From positions 58,096,001 to 58,160,000 of the forward strand of contig OZ076409.1 of the NCBI GenBank assembly GCA_964187785.1: 64,000 nt of DNA, read 5' to 3'. Position 1 is the first letter of the stretch. The number at the start of each line of letters is the position of its first letter. Shown piece by piece: positions 37,245-50,075 of the stretch. A model generated the notes under the pieces. The model made no database searches. It was given only the letters and a program-made list of their open reading frames with translations, and was not told where the DNA came from. The translations under genes were made by a program, and so were the position numbers. The stretch comes from Amphiscolops sp. MND2022 (taxonomy: Eukaryota).

Positions 37245-38455
37245 TTAGTCGTTGAGCACCCTCCTAGATATGAGGATATCAGGAATTAGACAAAAATAAT
37301 GCCCAATACTCAAAATGCAGAACGATAAATTGGGTCTTGAACACAATCTTGGATAGTTATTCGGCGGGCGGCCACGCCTATGTCCCTTCGGTCGGTGGGA
37401 CCATGACAGTAGAAGGGTTTCCGCAGCTGAGCGTGGTGGACAACCACGACGACGTCCGTCATAAAAAGATAGGAGCACTTTTTGCCATGAGTGCTCACAA
37501 GGAGTGCGCGGTGGTCGACCACGTCTATGTCCAGCTGGTCGAAATTTAGCTGAACCACCAGGCAAGCCTCTGACGAAGATTGGTGAGTTTGCCAAAATAA
37601 TATTCTGCAGACCATGTTTGGCAGAACGTGGCACAATAGATTCGTTCAACAAATCCGGCAGCAACTTCGAAATTGATAATGAGGACTTTGTTCCAGGGAA
37701 GTGAGAGTTGCAAACCGAATCCATTGGATAGGTGATTTTGAAGAAGGTTTGGTGTTGGTGCTGTTTCAGCATCCAACACAGCGTTGGCAGATAGAATCCT
37801 CGTTCCGCAATTTGTTGCAGAGCAAGAATTTGGAGTTGAGGGTACCCTCTCCCCCTTCATTGATGAAGTGGAGGGTAATGTTGTTATCAGTTCATCTTCC
37901 GTATCCCTTTAGGCAGGGATTGCCCTCGAGCAATCCACAATCAGCAAGGTAATAAATGGGTAACGTATCAGCAATGCCCATGGTTGTAGTGTCCAAAAAC
38001 ATTGGGTCTACCCCCATGTCTTTTGTAGGCGGTGTCATTGGTTCTACGTCGGAGTCGTTTGGAATATTGATAGTGGCACTTTCGAAGTGTGCTGCTACAC
38101 TTGTCGACTGCAATTGCGTCAGCGCTCGAGCTAGCAATTTCTCTCTGCGTAGATCGCTTTGTGTCAACAAGATTGATAACTCATCCATCTGCTGCTCTAG
38201 GGTCTCCAGCTTTTGGTTCACTGCCTGACAAGTCTGAAAACTGGTTTCATGGAGAAAAGACATTCTCGACGACGATACTGAACTAGGACTAGAAGCCCTT
38301 AAGTTCATCTTTTCGTCGATCGGTCATGTTCATCTACCATCAGAGATTCACTTTCTGCTTCCAAGACGGGTTCAGCGATTGGCAGTGCTGCACTGACACC
38401 CTCTTCTCCCTTGAAAAAGGAAGAGAAGCGGTCTATGACCTTCCACAAATTCATT
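37245..38455 (-). pseudogene. Disrupted internal ORF(s) of the LARD-like element: coiled-coil region and three AT-hook-like RRG(R/C)PP motifs
   Basis: ORF 37892-38308 (NQKLETLEQQMDELSILL) and ORF 37245-37772 (GHRRGRPPR, GRRRGCPPR, GHRRGRPPN). Confidence 0.45.
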
Positions 38456-41065
38456 CCTGCTTCAGATAGGTTCAAACTGCCTGACTGGGACTCTTTTTGT
38501 ACCCAAAATTAGTCTCAGGATCACAGTCAAGATGAGTTCTAAGGGTCACAGCGGGCTGAAAATTGCTCCACACCTTTCACGCTGTGCGCTGAGCTGGAAA
38601 ATTGTGCGCTTGAGCACAATGATAGTGTCGTGTCGGATAGTGTACACGAAACAAACAGTCGAGCTGTCTATTGACCTCTCAATCTCAAGCAATTTGGGTG
38701 TGTTGCAATCACCCAAAAGTGTTCTCTGCAGAAGTGACCTGTCAATCGGTGTTTGTTTTACCTGGCATAGCAGGAAAACACCAAATTAGGGCACCAGAGT
38801 GGTCAAAAAGGGTTCACACTCGGGCAACTTGGTTAAATTTTTGTCTCTAGGTGGTGACTCCTCTCAAAATCTCGTGATTTTGATTATGTTGGATCCCTCA
38901 AGGTAGTTTCAGGAAATTCAAACCCCTATTTGGACTCACAGCGTAACGCCTTGAGACGTTCTCGATGAGAAAATTCAGTCGGAAGTGCGTCGCAATCAAT
39001 TAAAATCTCCGATTGAGACTTTATCAGAACCAAATTTCAAAGTTTCAGTGGAGTCAAAATTTATGACCCCTGCCGGCAATTTTTTTGAACCGTGGGATTT
39101 GCCTCGTTTGCACCCAGGAAGGCCTACCAGATCCGTTCGGTTGGAAAATGAAGGCTTTTGGTCTCTGCTTTCCGTACAGCGGGAGTACTAAGCTTTTATG
39201 TTTTCGTTTTTCTGACGGTTTTTTTTTTGATTTTGGCCAAAACGTGTCTCTGAGCACAGTCAAACTCAGTTCTGTCAGGCGTACTGGGTAGACAAGTGCA
39301 CAGCACGTTTGCTCAGTCACGCAAGTTGGACAAATGACCTCCCGAAACTGATAACTACGTCCAGCTACAAGCTAGAGCCTCTTCCACCAATTTTTAAAGC
39401 TTCCAAAATTTTTCGAAAAACACTCAAGTGGCTCTTATAAACACTGGAAACGTAGGACCAGGCTCAAAATCAGCCACGCGATTGCACGTACAGCCAAGTA
39501 CACTGTGACAAGCACCAATTGGGGCTCAGACTACTGAATGAGCTGCAGATGCTGTACAGGCTTTACGTATCACCGTGTTTTATGTGGACACGATTTCTCA
39601 CGTGCCAAAGACTCTTGTCCACAGTGATGAGCCCGCAAGCTCACTTTTTCAGCAACAGTGCACCAAGCGACACTGACAACAATGTTCCAGAGCAATGTAG
39701 TCCCAACGTTCCGATGAGGTGCGGCAACAACTCCCAAAATTGGTCCAACTCGTTACAATACACAGAATATCACAACTGTAAGTAACAATATGCTATGTCC
39801 CAGCAAAGCAGCACAGTCAATATTGGCCACGAATCGCACCTATAGCAATGAATTCACGACCAAGAGTTCTGACAAGGGGGTTTTCCGCAGGTTTCTAACA
39901 CGTATGGCTGGGTTTAACCACACTTTCCCAATTTTCGTCTCGGTGAAACCTTAAGTCAAACTCACGATATGCACGTCTCAAGTTGGTAGAAATCACTTCT
40001 ATGGGTCGGAGCGAGTTCAAATTCACTCAAGCAAGTGGTACCAACCCACAAGTTCAGAAATTGAGCCTAGATCGAAGATAAACTTTCGCTGAGAGAGACA
40101 AGCACGAGACGTTTACCACAAATTTTGAAATTTCTCGGAAGGTACAAAAAAAACACAAGTGGCACGTATTCGTCAGTCAAGGGTCGGATCTGGCTCAAAA
40201 CTTACCAGAGGACTCTGCACACACGTAGGTACACGGAATTGGGCATAGCACTGATATGGGCTCCGAGGCTTGTACACTGTTTCGCCTTGGTACAGACGTG
40301 CGGTACTCCCGTGTATCAGTAGGGGTCAAAATGCACTCTAATCACACAATTTCTGAGCACTGGTTGCAGTCAGCGGTCTGGTTTTTCCGCTAGCAGTGTA
40401 CCAACTAGTATCGGTTACGTTGGTGAGCAACAAACTGTTCTCACTCTCCGGCTAAGGTATCCGGGTCTTCCCAAAAAAAATTGAAAAAACGGCCTTTTTG
40501 TACCTGTTTTTATGCAGTACGTTTCCGTCAATTTCTCAACGAATACTGCATCGATCGGCACGAAACTTGATACACAATCCCAGTGGGCACCCACAATGCT
40601 GGTATCAGAGCTCAATTGAGCTCTCGAGTTTACCGGGAACTTGGGCTACGCGTGGACACGATCTTAGAAAAAACAGTCTTTTTTGACGCTTTTTTCACAA
40701 ATCGGCTAAGGGGGTCGACACTATAAATGTTACGGCAGAGTCAGTGGGGTTAACGCGTTGCCCCACTGGTCACAGTACTGCCACAAGCCCTCAATTAGCC
40801 GTGCCTGTTAGCTATGAGGCACTGTCGGTCCTACAGTTTTGGAAATTTTCGGCTAATTTAGCTCGTTCTGATGTCAAAACGTCAGAGAAGTTTTTTCGAC
40901 TTTGCTTAGCGCTAGGCTCATCAAATTTTCGGCACTAGCGTTTGTTTTGGCGGTGGTTACGAAAATGTAACCAGTTTTTAGCTAGGGTTCGGGAATCAAT
41001 GACCCGACCCTAACAATTGGACAGTCCGGTTCTGTGGAAATTTGGCCAAATTCAGTGCGTTTTTC

Positions 41066-41605
41066 CACTTTTTTCAGCACTGAATGGGAGTTTTCACATG
41101 CGGTTTTCACCACTACACGTTATTTTTTATAGAAAAACAGGAAATGAGAGCGCATAGGCTCCTAGCTAACAAAAAGACGGAGTGCCCTGGGGGTTTTAAT
41201 TGTGTACTCAGACACTCCTGAAACTGACTAAAAATCAAGGTTTTTCAACTTTTCTCAGCACTGAAAAGGAATTTTTGCACGCAGTTTCCACCACAAGGCG
41301 TTATTTTTATTGTAAAAACAGAAAATGAGAGCGCATAGGCTCCCAAGACTCGAAAACACTAAGTGCCCTAGAGGTTTTAATTTTGCTCTCTGGCACTCCT
41401 GAAACTAGCTAAAAATCAAGGTTTTTCAACTTTTCTCAGCACTGAAGAGGAATTTTTGCACGCGGTTTTCACCACAATCCTTTTTTTTGTAAAAACAGAA
41501 AATGAGAGCGCATAGGCTCCCAGGACTCAAAAACACTAAGTGCCTTAGAAGTTTTAAATTTGCACTCTGGCACTCCTGAAACTGGCCAAAAATCAAGGTT
41601 TTTCG
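41066..41605. repeat. Three ~180-bp tandem repeats inside the LARD-like element
   Basis: GAGAGCGCATAGGCTCC recurs at ~41146, ~41327 and ~41504. Confidence 0.9.
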
Positions 41606-42680
41606 ACCTGTGATCACTAAGAAAACGTTACAAACTCTTCTAAATCCTAATTTTGGTACTGTGAAGTGTGCTCCAAACTAATAGCAGCATAGAAGAGGCG
41701 ATTACATCACTATCTGGCACTCTCCCAGTAGCATTTTTTGGTGGTTTTTTGCCAATTTCGCCAAAAACCGAGTTTTTTCATACAAAATGCGTCCCAAAAA
41801 GGACTCCAACGGCCTTTTTGGTAATCTTTTTATTTTGAAACAGTACCTTAGAGGTTTTGAGCTGCTTTCCATCCTTTTTTGCAACTTCTGTGATGAAAAT
41901 CTAGAGCGCCTAGGCTCGTACCAATAAAAACACTCAAAAATGTCAAAATTGACGTTTTTGCTACTTTTGCACCCAAAATCGGACTTTTCTCACTGAAAAC
42001 GGTTGCAAAAGCACACACTAGGTTGCAACAGGGAAAAACTAGCATGAAAAATGATTCCCCATTAAAAATTACACAATCGAAAGATTTTTTCATACCATAC
42101 TCCAAAAAATTGATTCTTCCAGAATGAGGGGTGGTACCTTCGCCGTCTTTTTTCTCAACACCCAGACCAGCTAGAGAGAAACGGTTTAAACTGTCGGCAA
42201 CGTCAGTGTTTGCTCTAGCTTTCCACCAAAAATCATGCTTCTAGCACGTCTCCACGTGAAATGGGAAAGGACAGTCGGGAACACTCGTTTCAGCTCATCT
42301 ATCAGTCACATGGAATATGGCGCATCCATCAATTGAATACCTCGTACATAGTCAAAAAAGCTGAAATGAGCTGTAAAACACCTGTTACAACACGCGTAAC
42401 GGCTTTCTAGCGGTTCGCTTAGCCATTACAAAGGTACCCGCTGATGGGAACGTGCAATTTTAGACGATACCTGTCAACAAATTCCTGTTATCAAAACATA
42501 CCATAGGTATTCGGAAAAATCCCGTGAAAGATTGGAAAAATACCAAAATATAACATCATATCATTTAAAAAACATGGAATAACTCTGGGTAAACGTCTCC
42601 TTCCAGAGCCAAATCGTTCTTGGCGTCAAACACCAGAGGGCCGGAAATTTTAAAACCATGAAGGAAAGCTTCCCAAAGAC

Positions 42681-42699
42681 GATCCCTCTGTGGTCGCCA
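42681..42699 (-). promoter_or_regulatory. Primer-binding site, tRNA-Arg-like (TGGCGACCACAGAGGGATC)
   Basis: Plus strand GATCCCTCTGTGGTCGCCA reads as a tRNA 3' end (T-arm strand, acceptor strand, CCA), 15 nt from the LTR. Confidence 0.7.
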
Positions 42700-42714
42700 A
42701 AAAATGAAGTTCCA

Positions 42715-43463
42715 TGTAACGGCAAGTGCTATGCGTTTGGGACGAAACATTGGAGTGGAGGAACTGACACTATGGATATGGTCCGGGACGAACCACCATA
42801 GCACCAGCTCACTTTGTCCTCCTGTGGATAGCCGGTCCCGAGGAGGGGGAACCGTCTTAAAGGATGCTCTCCGGCCTGTTCCAGTCTGTAACTGCTACTA
42901 GTCACATGTAATAAGCCTTTTTCCTCGTATCCACTGTGTAAATAGCCTTTAAAAACAATGCCAAGGATAAACAGTGTATATTTCCAATTCCAGGGTGAAA
43001 TTCCAGGGACATCTGAATAAGGTCTAAAATGGGTACTAAGATCTAAACTGCGAAAACTAGCGCATGGGCTAGCTAAAAACAGTAGAAACACATCAAAATA
43101 GGCACGAATATGACCAACCACACAGCTACAAGCTGGGGCGCAGACACTCCAAGCACCAAAAAAGGATAATTAAGCGAAAATACACATTTTTTTGGTTCTT
43201 GCTACTTTGGGTAGCATAATGCTGAAAATCGGTAAAAACCGGTGTTAGCACCTCAAAAAGAGTCTATTTATGAGTTTTCTAAGCGCATTGGCTTCTACAC
43301 TCCGTGTTCCCGCCCGGTCGTCTCCGCGGGCGGCTTGCTTCGTCTTCTGAACTGATTTTTGACAGGTACTTTGGCCAAAGCATGCTCAATTTGCCACGTC
43401 AGATTTGAACGCATTTTTGGTCGATTTTTCTGAAAACTCGTTGTACCACAGGCTTCCGTTACA
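42715..43463 (-). repeat. 5' LTR (749 bp)
   Basis: Direct repeat of 35432-36142. Confidence 0.9.
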
Positions 43464-44568
43464 ATATTTCTCTGGAAAAATTCCTAGTGTCCATGTCGTT
43501 TTGACGGAAAAGCAGCCGTTGATGAAGCAAATAGCAGCCACTATTCTACTGGTAGAAGCTTTGGCTCAAAACAAACTGTTGGACAAGACACTATAAATTG
43601 TTTGGTCGACTAGATGAAAACTCTTGACTTTAGTTGTGTGTGTGTACTGTAATGGTTTACACGGAAGAATGTTCAATACTTGAGGACCGATTAAGCCAGT
43701 CCCTTTTCCCGTTTTTAGCAACTTCATGATGTTGGGTAAATAATAATTGAGTTTTCTGAATTTGTGACGACTAGGGAATGTAGTCATTATTTTCATTCGT
43801 GCAATCGGGCAGGATACTTACGCGCTCGATGAAATGTCTGATTACACGGGAACTAACGAACGCCATCGACCCTCTATGATACCTGGTACTAGCTGCAGGC
43901 GAGGCTCTTTTGTCAAACCGGAAGTCTTCAAAAGTGAAGGAATGAACAATTCCATATCAATGATCTTAAGGATTGCTTCACAACGCTATACAAAAATGAC
44001 AATGAGGTGTTTACTGTAAACTTTCAAATCTATAAATCATGATCAACAGTATTGTTATGATCTGAATGTATTTTGGTATTTTGTTAATGTAAAACAACAG
44101 GAAACAAGTGTCTGATTGAAGTCAGTTCAGAACAGATTTGAACCCTAACATTGCCATCTGCAATTTTTCCAGTACTCGACTAACGTGTAGGTTGGCGTTA
44201 CACAAGATGAGTTGATGGCAACCGTTGACTCCGCTGGCTCGTTACGCAGTAGATGGCTCTTTGCCCGCAGCAACTCAAACAATTTTGAGGAGAGTCAGAA
44301 GATCAGAAGTTTCCTTTTCGATACCAATTCAGACAGTCAGATGTCAGTTCACAGTGCGAGGCGTAGATAAGTTGATCGCTCAAATAAACCAAGGCAGCAG
44401 TTGGTTTTGAAGGCGTTGATCCGGACAAGGCAGGAAGGACAAAACTTGTTAGGAAAACAAACTAACTGAGGATGGCAACTAAGTGATCACAGACAAAAAG
44501 TAACGTTTCAAAACGTTTTTTGCTGATCTATTTTTCCAAATGCTTTCAGAGCAGCAAGAAAACCACAC

Positions 44569-44768
44569 NNNNNNNNNNNNNNNNNNNNNNNNNNNNNNNN
44601 NNNNNNNNNNNNNNNNNNNNNNNNNNNNNNNNNNNNNNNNNNNNNNNNNNNNNNNNNNNNNNNNNNNNNNNNNNNNNNNNNNNNNNNNNNNNNNNNNNNN
44701 NNNNNNNNNNNNNNNNNNNNNNNNNNNNNNNNNNNNNNNNNNNNNNNNNNNNNNNNNNNNNNNNNNNN
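44569..44768. other. Assembly gap (200 N)
   Basis: Run of N. Confidence 1.
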
Positions 44769-44797
44769 TTGATTGGCCAATTGTTCATCAAACAGAG

Positions 44798-45292
44798 AAA
44801 GATGCAAGTGGGTCATGGGTCAGTGGGTCAATGGGTCAAATGGGTCGCTTTTTCTCGTGGGCCAGGTGGGTCATGAGTCAGGGGCAAAAAATATGATGGG
44901 TCAAGATGGGTCAACGTTTACCGGGCAGTCATTAGCATCCTACAAGAAACAAGCACAAGAACATGTTGCAAGCATTTTGTATCCTCTTCAATGGGTGTAA
45001 AAAAACAGAAAAAATTTACAAAACTCTCAAAAATGGTCATTAAATGCCTTCAACGCGTCATATTATCACACCACTGAGAAATTGACTTTCGCCAAATGTT
45101 GTTGAAGCTATTTCTGTAAATTTGGAAAGTTACAAAAATCATCTTTAAAATTTAACTTTCCTAGTAACACATTTTTGAGTCAAGTTATGGGTCATGGGTC
45201 AGAACTCCGATGGGTCAAGTGGGTCATGGGTCAGAGCCCCGATGGGTCGCATGGGTCATGGGTCGAACATATGTGACCCACTTGCATCTCTG
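44798..45292. mobile_element. hAT-type MITE with 8-bp TSD
   Basis: TIR AGATGCAAGTGGGTCA / TGACCCACTTGCATCT; TSD AAACAGAG at 44790-44797 and 45293-45300; many subterminal ATGGGTC motifs. Confidence 0.88.
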
Positions 45293-45579
45293 AAACAGAG
45301 GTCAGTCCTATAACGTGAATGGTACTTGGACACCAGTCATTTTCTCCTCGACTGGTTGTTTTGTCTTCTGATATTTGGTCCAGTTGGGGATCTGTTACAA
45401 TCTTGCTTTTGAATGACCTTTCGTTGTCGTCTTTCGAGAATTTCCTGCTGTTTTCATTCACCTGTCTAATCGTTTTCTCTATTTTAGATTCCGATGCCTA
45501 GTTACCGTTTTCTTACCTATATTTTTTGACAGTGTTTGTTTTCGTTCAAGTCACATGTGGTTCTTTTTGATCTTCTTTT

Positions 45580-45900
45580 TGGAATCATAGTCGCCATTGG
45601 TATTCCCAATTAGTAAGAAAAGTTTTGTCTCCAGAATACGCTTCTACAATTCGACGACTGTTTACAGTCCCGTTTAAGGTCGGAAAATCTGCCCTGCTGT
45701 GGCGTGTGTTTCCGAAAAGAAGTTTAATAAGAAAAAGCATATAGTCTTTATAACAGTGGGAAATTGAGGTGCTCTTCTCTTTTGACATATCCGTGGTAGC
45801 TTTTAGATCAAGTGTCGAAACGCTGATCAACATCAGTATAAAGTTGATTGACAGTCTGTTGTCATTGCTAAACTTCAGATGCCCAGCCTTAAAGTTGGCA
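45580..45900 (-). pseudogene. Possible decayed GIY-YIG endonuclease tail of a Penelope-like element
   Basis: Fragments LYTDVDQRFDT*SKSYHGYVK, STSISHC and RHSRADF..NSRRIVEAY loosely resemble a PLE GIY-YIG C-terminus. Confidence 0.3.
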
Positions 45901-46118
45901 TCAATTCGACGAGTGGGGTTAATTTTACATTTCGCATATTCATATTTCTATCGACAACTGGAAAAAGAGCAGCCTGAGTGCAGTAGAAAAAAGAATGTCA
46001 TCCGAAAATAGGCAGCTTTGAGTTTTATTATGAAGGCACTCGGCGCTGGTTGTTCCTAAGACCTGCAAAGAAAAACACTTTTCCAACAATTTTATAAATT
46101 TTCACTCAAAGTGGCAAG

Positions 46119-47955
46119 TGTGGAATTTTTAGATTTTGGTGACTTTAGAAAAAGCCTATTTATGTTGTCCGAATTAGCTAAGTTAGGATCGACCGCTTCC
46201 AGCGAATTTTGCTAAGTTTTTCTTTGGACGGAAACAGAGATCTGAGGGAAAAAGGGGCACCCCCCCCCCTTTTTGGGAAGGACTTGTACGATCAAGCTGA
46301 AATTTGGCATGCATAAACTAGAGGTGTTAAATCAATTTTCGACTCGGAGTACCCGACCTCGTACCTCCCCCCAGTCCCGAGCTATTAACACCGGAAGTGA
46401 CCTAGGTCGACCCCCCTACGAACTCGCCGGCTAAGCACGGAATAAGTCGTATTATATATGGAATTGATAGCCCATATGATATTAGGCCGTTTGCGCACAT
46501 TTTCGGACACCCACGACGCGTGTAGGAGGAGCACGGACCCTAAGAAAATAAACCACCATTGTTATGTAAATAGCCACCGGAGGGCCCGAAGATCATGAAA
46601 CTTACCTAATATGTTCACATAGCGACCCTAAGTAAAATACATGAAAGATACATTAATCGATCCACCACGCGCGGAGTAATGTTTGTTTAAGGCACGCGGG
46701 ACCGGACGCGCGGGCCCGACCGATAAAAGACACTTTTTACCTTGGCTTGTAATATCTCAAACGAACCGGAATGATGATTGTAGCCGATTTTCAACGTGAA
46801 TGAAACCATATTTATAACCCACGCAGGGGTAACCGCCTTAAGTAAACAAACGATACGCATATCATGTAACTCGAAGACCATTGACCCTAGAGTGGTATAA
46901 CTTGGCATATAGCAAACTTAGATGAGGACAAATAACTTCAAGGTCACGGACGGACCTCAAGGTCATTTTAGATGCAACCCCGGAACATATAAGAAAACGT
47001 ACAATAAAACATGTAAATCAGCGTCTTTAAGCGATAATTTATGCATTTCAGTCAGGCGGAACGATTCGCGATGTATTTCACCTAGGATGATGGAAAAGTA
47101 CCCCTTACGTGTAGAGAACATGTAAACCATGTAGTTGAAGGCCATTGAACGTGTAGAGAACATGTAAACCATGTAGTTGAAGGCCATTGAACAATTTCTT
47201 CGATATTGAAATTATCTCGGGCGACTTGAATTATTATTGAAATGCGAACTTTGTACAACCATTGTTGAATTACTTGTCGTTACAAAGAATGTTTAGACGA
47301 AGTATAACCGGTAGCGTTCGCCTTACCATAAAAGGAATGGATAAACATGAAGGTAAACACATGCAAACTCAATATGCCGACGCCCTGTATGTAATGAAAA
47401 TGTCACGTATGATAGAATGTTAAGATGCGATCACCAGAAACACGCGCGATAAATAAATATAAATGAGGCGGAATTAAAACAGAACCGATTACACACAACC
47501 GAGAAAGAGAGCTAGAAGAAAGTTTAGTCTCGCGGAGACAAGAGACACTTCTAGAAGATCTTGTTGTCGGTAGCCTAAAGAAAATTTACTGACAAGTCCG
47601 GGACTTGTGACTTTGTTGAAGTCGGAGCTTTAACAAGATTGGACTCGCCTAACGTAACTGGCTGAGTCGCGGATTGTTCTCCTATTCATAGAGATAGAGA
47701 TTATTTTGTTTATCAGTTGCGAATCATTTAGTGTTACCTTTGCTGTGATAGTGTTAATTTTGCTGTATAGAAGAAATTGTATCATCTCATTAGTCGAACT
47801 TTTTGGAATAATTAGAGCCGAAGAGCAATTTGGACAGAAAAGTAGTCGCGCTAGCAATCGACGCAGAAGCCTTACCTACCAAACAAAAAACCTTTCTGTT
47901 AAGAGTTGAGCTCTTGGGTTTTTCTCTCCGACCCCAGTAGCAGAAATTTCTTACA
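46119..47955. mobile_element. Solo LTR (1837 bp, Bel/Pao-like) with 5-bp TSD GCAAG
   Basis: GCAAG|TGTGGAATTT...AAATTTCTTACA|GCAAG; motifs shared with the LTR at 560-1502; internal 42-bp tandem duplication at 47107-47192. Confidence 0.85.
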
Positions 47956-48271
47956 GCAAGCAAGGTACAAAGAAGTGCAAAAATTGAAACTTGGTACGTT
48001 TTCGAAAATCAGGCACTTAGTCCAGAAAGTTTGAGATTTGTGAATAGTTACTCATGATACGAAGCTAATTTTTTCGTTGTTTTTGTTCTGTGGTTTGTTT
48101 AAGTGACTATTTTTGTTTAAAATATTTCGTCTTTGTAGTATTTGCACTATCGCATTTTTTTTTATTTTTCACATATATCAACCGTTGAAAAAAATGCAAA
48201 CTGTGAAACATGGAGAAATCATAGTTATTTGGGTCAATCAAGAGAATTAACTGGAAATCATGGAAGCTCAC

Positions 48272-48701
48272 CTGAGCGTCGAATGGGAACAGCCGGACAT
48301 TGAAGTTGCAACTGAGTTTGATGTTCACGATGGAACCTCCAGCCACAACTAATCCATTGGGATAGATTTGCTGCCTATCAAAAATGTGGTAGACAACATC
48401 CGCAGTGTCGTAAAGCACAACATCCGGGGTCCACACAGATCCGGCTGGTAGCATAACATTAGTGACACCATTCTTAGCAGGATCCCACTCCAAGTCAGGC
48501 AAATAGTAACTTAGACTAATCCACAGTCTCAGACTCACGATAGCCTGCCTTTCATCTACCTCGAGGATCTGATACAAATCCACGAAAAGAAAAACCGTGT
48601 TGTTGAGCATGTTACTATGACGAACATATTTTGTGGTTTTGCTCAGCAGATCAGTTATAAAGGAGTCTTCTAGCAACGAATTTTGAAACCCGTTGCACGG
48701 C
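48272..48701 (-). CDS. Cys-loop LGIC gene A, exon 2 (ligand-binding domain)
   Basis: VDLYQILEVDERQ, LEWDP, VWTPDVVLYD, CNFNVRLFPFDAQ; acceptor CAG|G, donor CAG|GTGAG. Confidence 0.9.
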
Positions 48702-48991
48702 CTGTCGATACAAGTTTGGAAAACTTTTGTTAGTAGTCGAATTTGAAGTCCTTCAGCTTGTTTTTAGAATGCAGTATCAAACAAACTGTATCGAAAAACA
48801 GTTATTTTTACTGAGATTTTATGAACTCTACATTTATAACCACCAATTAATCATTTGAACTGCCGAAAGTTTATTCCAGCGTAATTACTTTATGCTTCTC
48901 TTCAAAAGTTTTCAATTCTTCTGGGTTATTGTAATTAGCTCTCTGAAAGACTCGAATTTGTGAAAATTTTCCAAAACTAAAACTTAATCAC

Positions 48992-49038
48992 CAAGGTGAC
49001 AATGCAAGGACGGCAAAAAGAAAAGTCCAAGAAACCAT
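48992..49038 (-). CDS. Cys-loop LGIC gene A, exon 1 (signal peptide MVSWTFLFAVLALSPW)
   Basis: ATG plus hydrophobic stretch; phase-2 donor CCTTG|GTGAT matches the exon 2 acceptor phase; total CDS 1338 nt is divisible by 3. Confidence 0.75.
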
Positions 49039-50075
49039 TGAGTTCAATTTGTAAATTTTTGCTTCTCAATGGAAACCTTTGAATGGCAGGTGAAAATTCA
49101 GTATGTAGCAACTTGTCTCAGCAAGCAAAAACTAATAGCTTTGGGAAATTACTTTTTTGATATATTACGTGAGAACTGTGAGTGGACAAAGGCAAACAAA
49201 TTGGTGAATGATTTTCAAACAACATCTAATTGCAAATTTCAGAGCCTGATGCAAGTTAAATAATCGGAAACAATACAAGCCACAAAACTGCCGGCAAAAT
49301 TTTGGATTTGTCAAAAAATGTGTGAATTTTTAAACCTCCATTAGGCGTTGAGACTACTGGAGGTAAATTTCAATTAAAATTTTTCAAAAATAAATATACT
49401 ATAGTAGTACTTTCTTTTGTTGCCGATGAAATTTTTAACGAGGGAATAAAAGTAAACAGACTCTTTCTCGGATGATTATTGGTACCATGAAACAGTCCCT
49501 GGGAAAGGAAGTAATCTTTTGTCTTAAGAGTATCATTAAAATTCCTTGAAAAATTCATTATTGGTTGAATCTATCTAATGAAAGTATCTTAGACAAAATT
49601 TACGAGTCTCTTTGATTATGAAAACAAAAATTACATCCTCAATTTCCACGCCTTTAGAAATCTTTGGTGATGTGATGATGAAACGTTGGCCACTTTACTG
49701 TTCTACCAAAGGTTTTTCATGTTACTCTTTTACCAAAGAATTGCTTGGCGTACCTCCTGGCAGTGAATTTAATGTATGATTGATATCCAACTTAATTGAT
49801 ATCTCCAATAATCCAATAATTGATCTCAGAAGCTAAGGTCGTTTCACTGAGCTCTTTCAACCGTCGGGTTACCATGTGTAATGATGCTCAGTTGGAAAAA
49901 GATATGCTGGTAATCTGAAAAAAAACATCTGCTCAAAATTTCTCTGAAATTGTTGAAATGATAAGAGCACAATGATCTAACACATTGAACAATGTCTAAC
50001 ACATCTCGCTTAACTATAAAAACTCCTTAGCAAAATAGCAAGGAAAACCACAAAAAAGAAGATCCTGCAAAATAG

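Larger units (their letters stand above)
35432..43463 (-). mobile_element. 8.0-kb non-autonomous two-LTR retroelement (LARD-like) inside gene A intron 2
   Basis: Direct-repeat LTRs at 35432-36142 and 42715-43463 (TGTAACGG..CCG(T/C)TACA; ~7 substitutions plus 40-bp and 2-bp indels). PBS beside the right LTR and purine tract GGGGAGTGGA beside the left LTR on minus. No RT/IN motifs seen; no clean TSD. Confidence 0.85.

Noticed and set aside
40600..40611. TGGTATCAGAGC, the classic plant tRNA-iMet PBS
   Set aside because: Not adjacent to an LTR end, opposite strand to the host element, and the animal iMet PBS differs; treated as chance.
44508..44896. ORFs spanning the N run
   Set aside because: Artefacts of the assembly gap.
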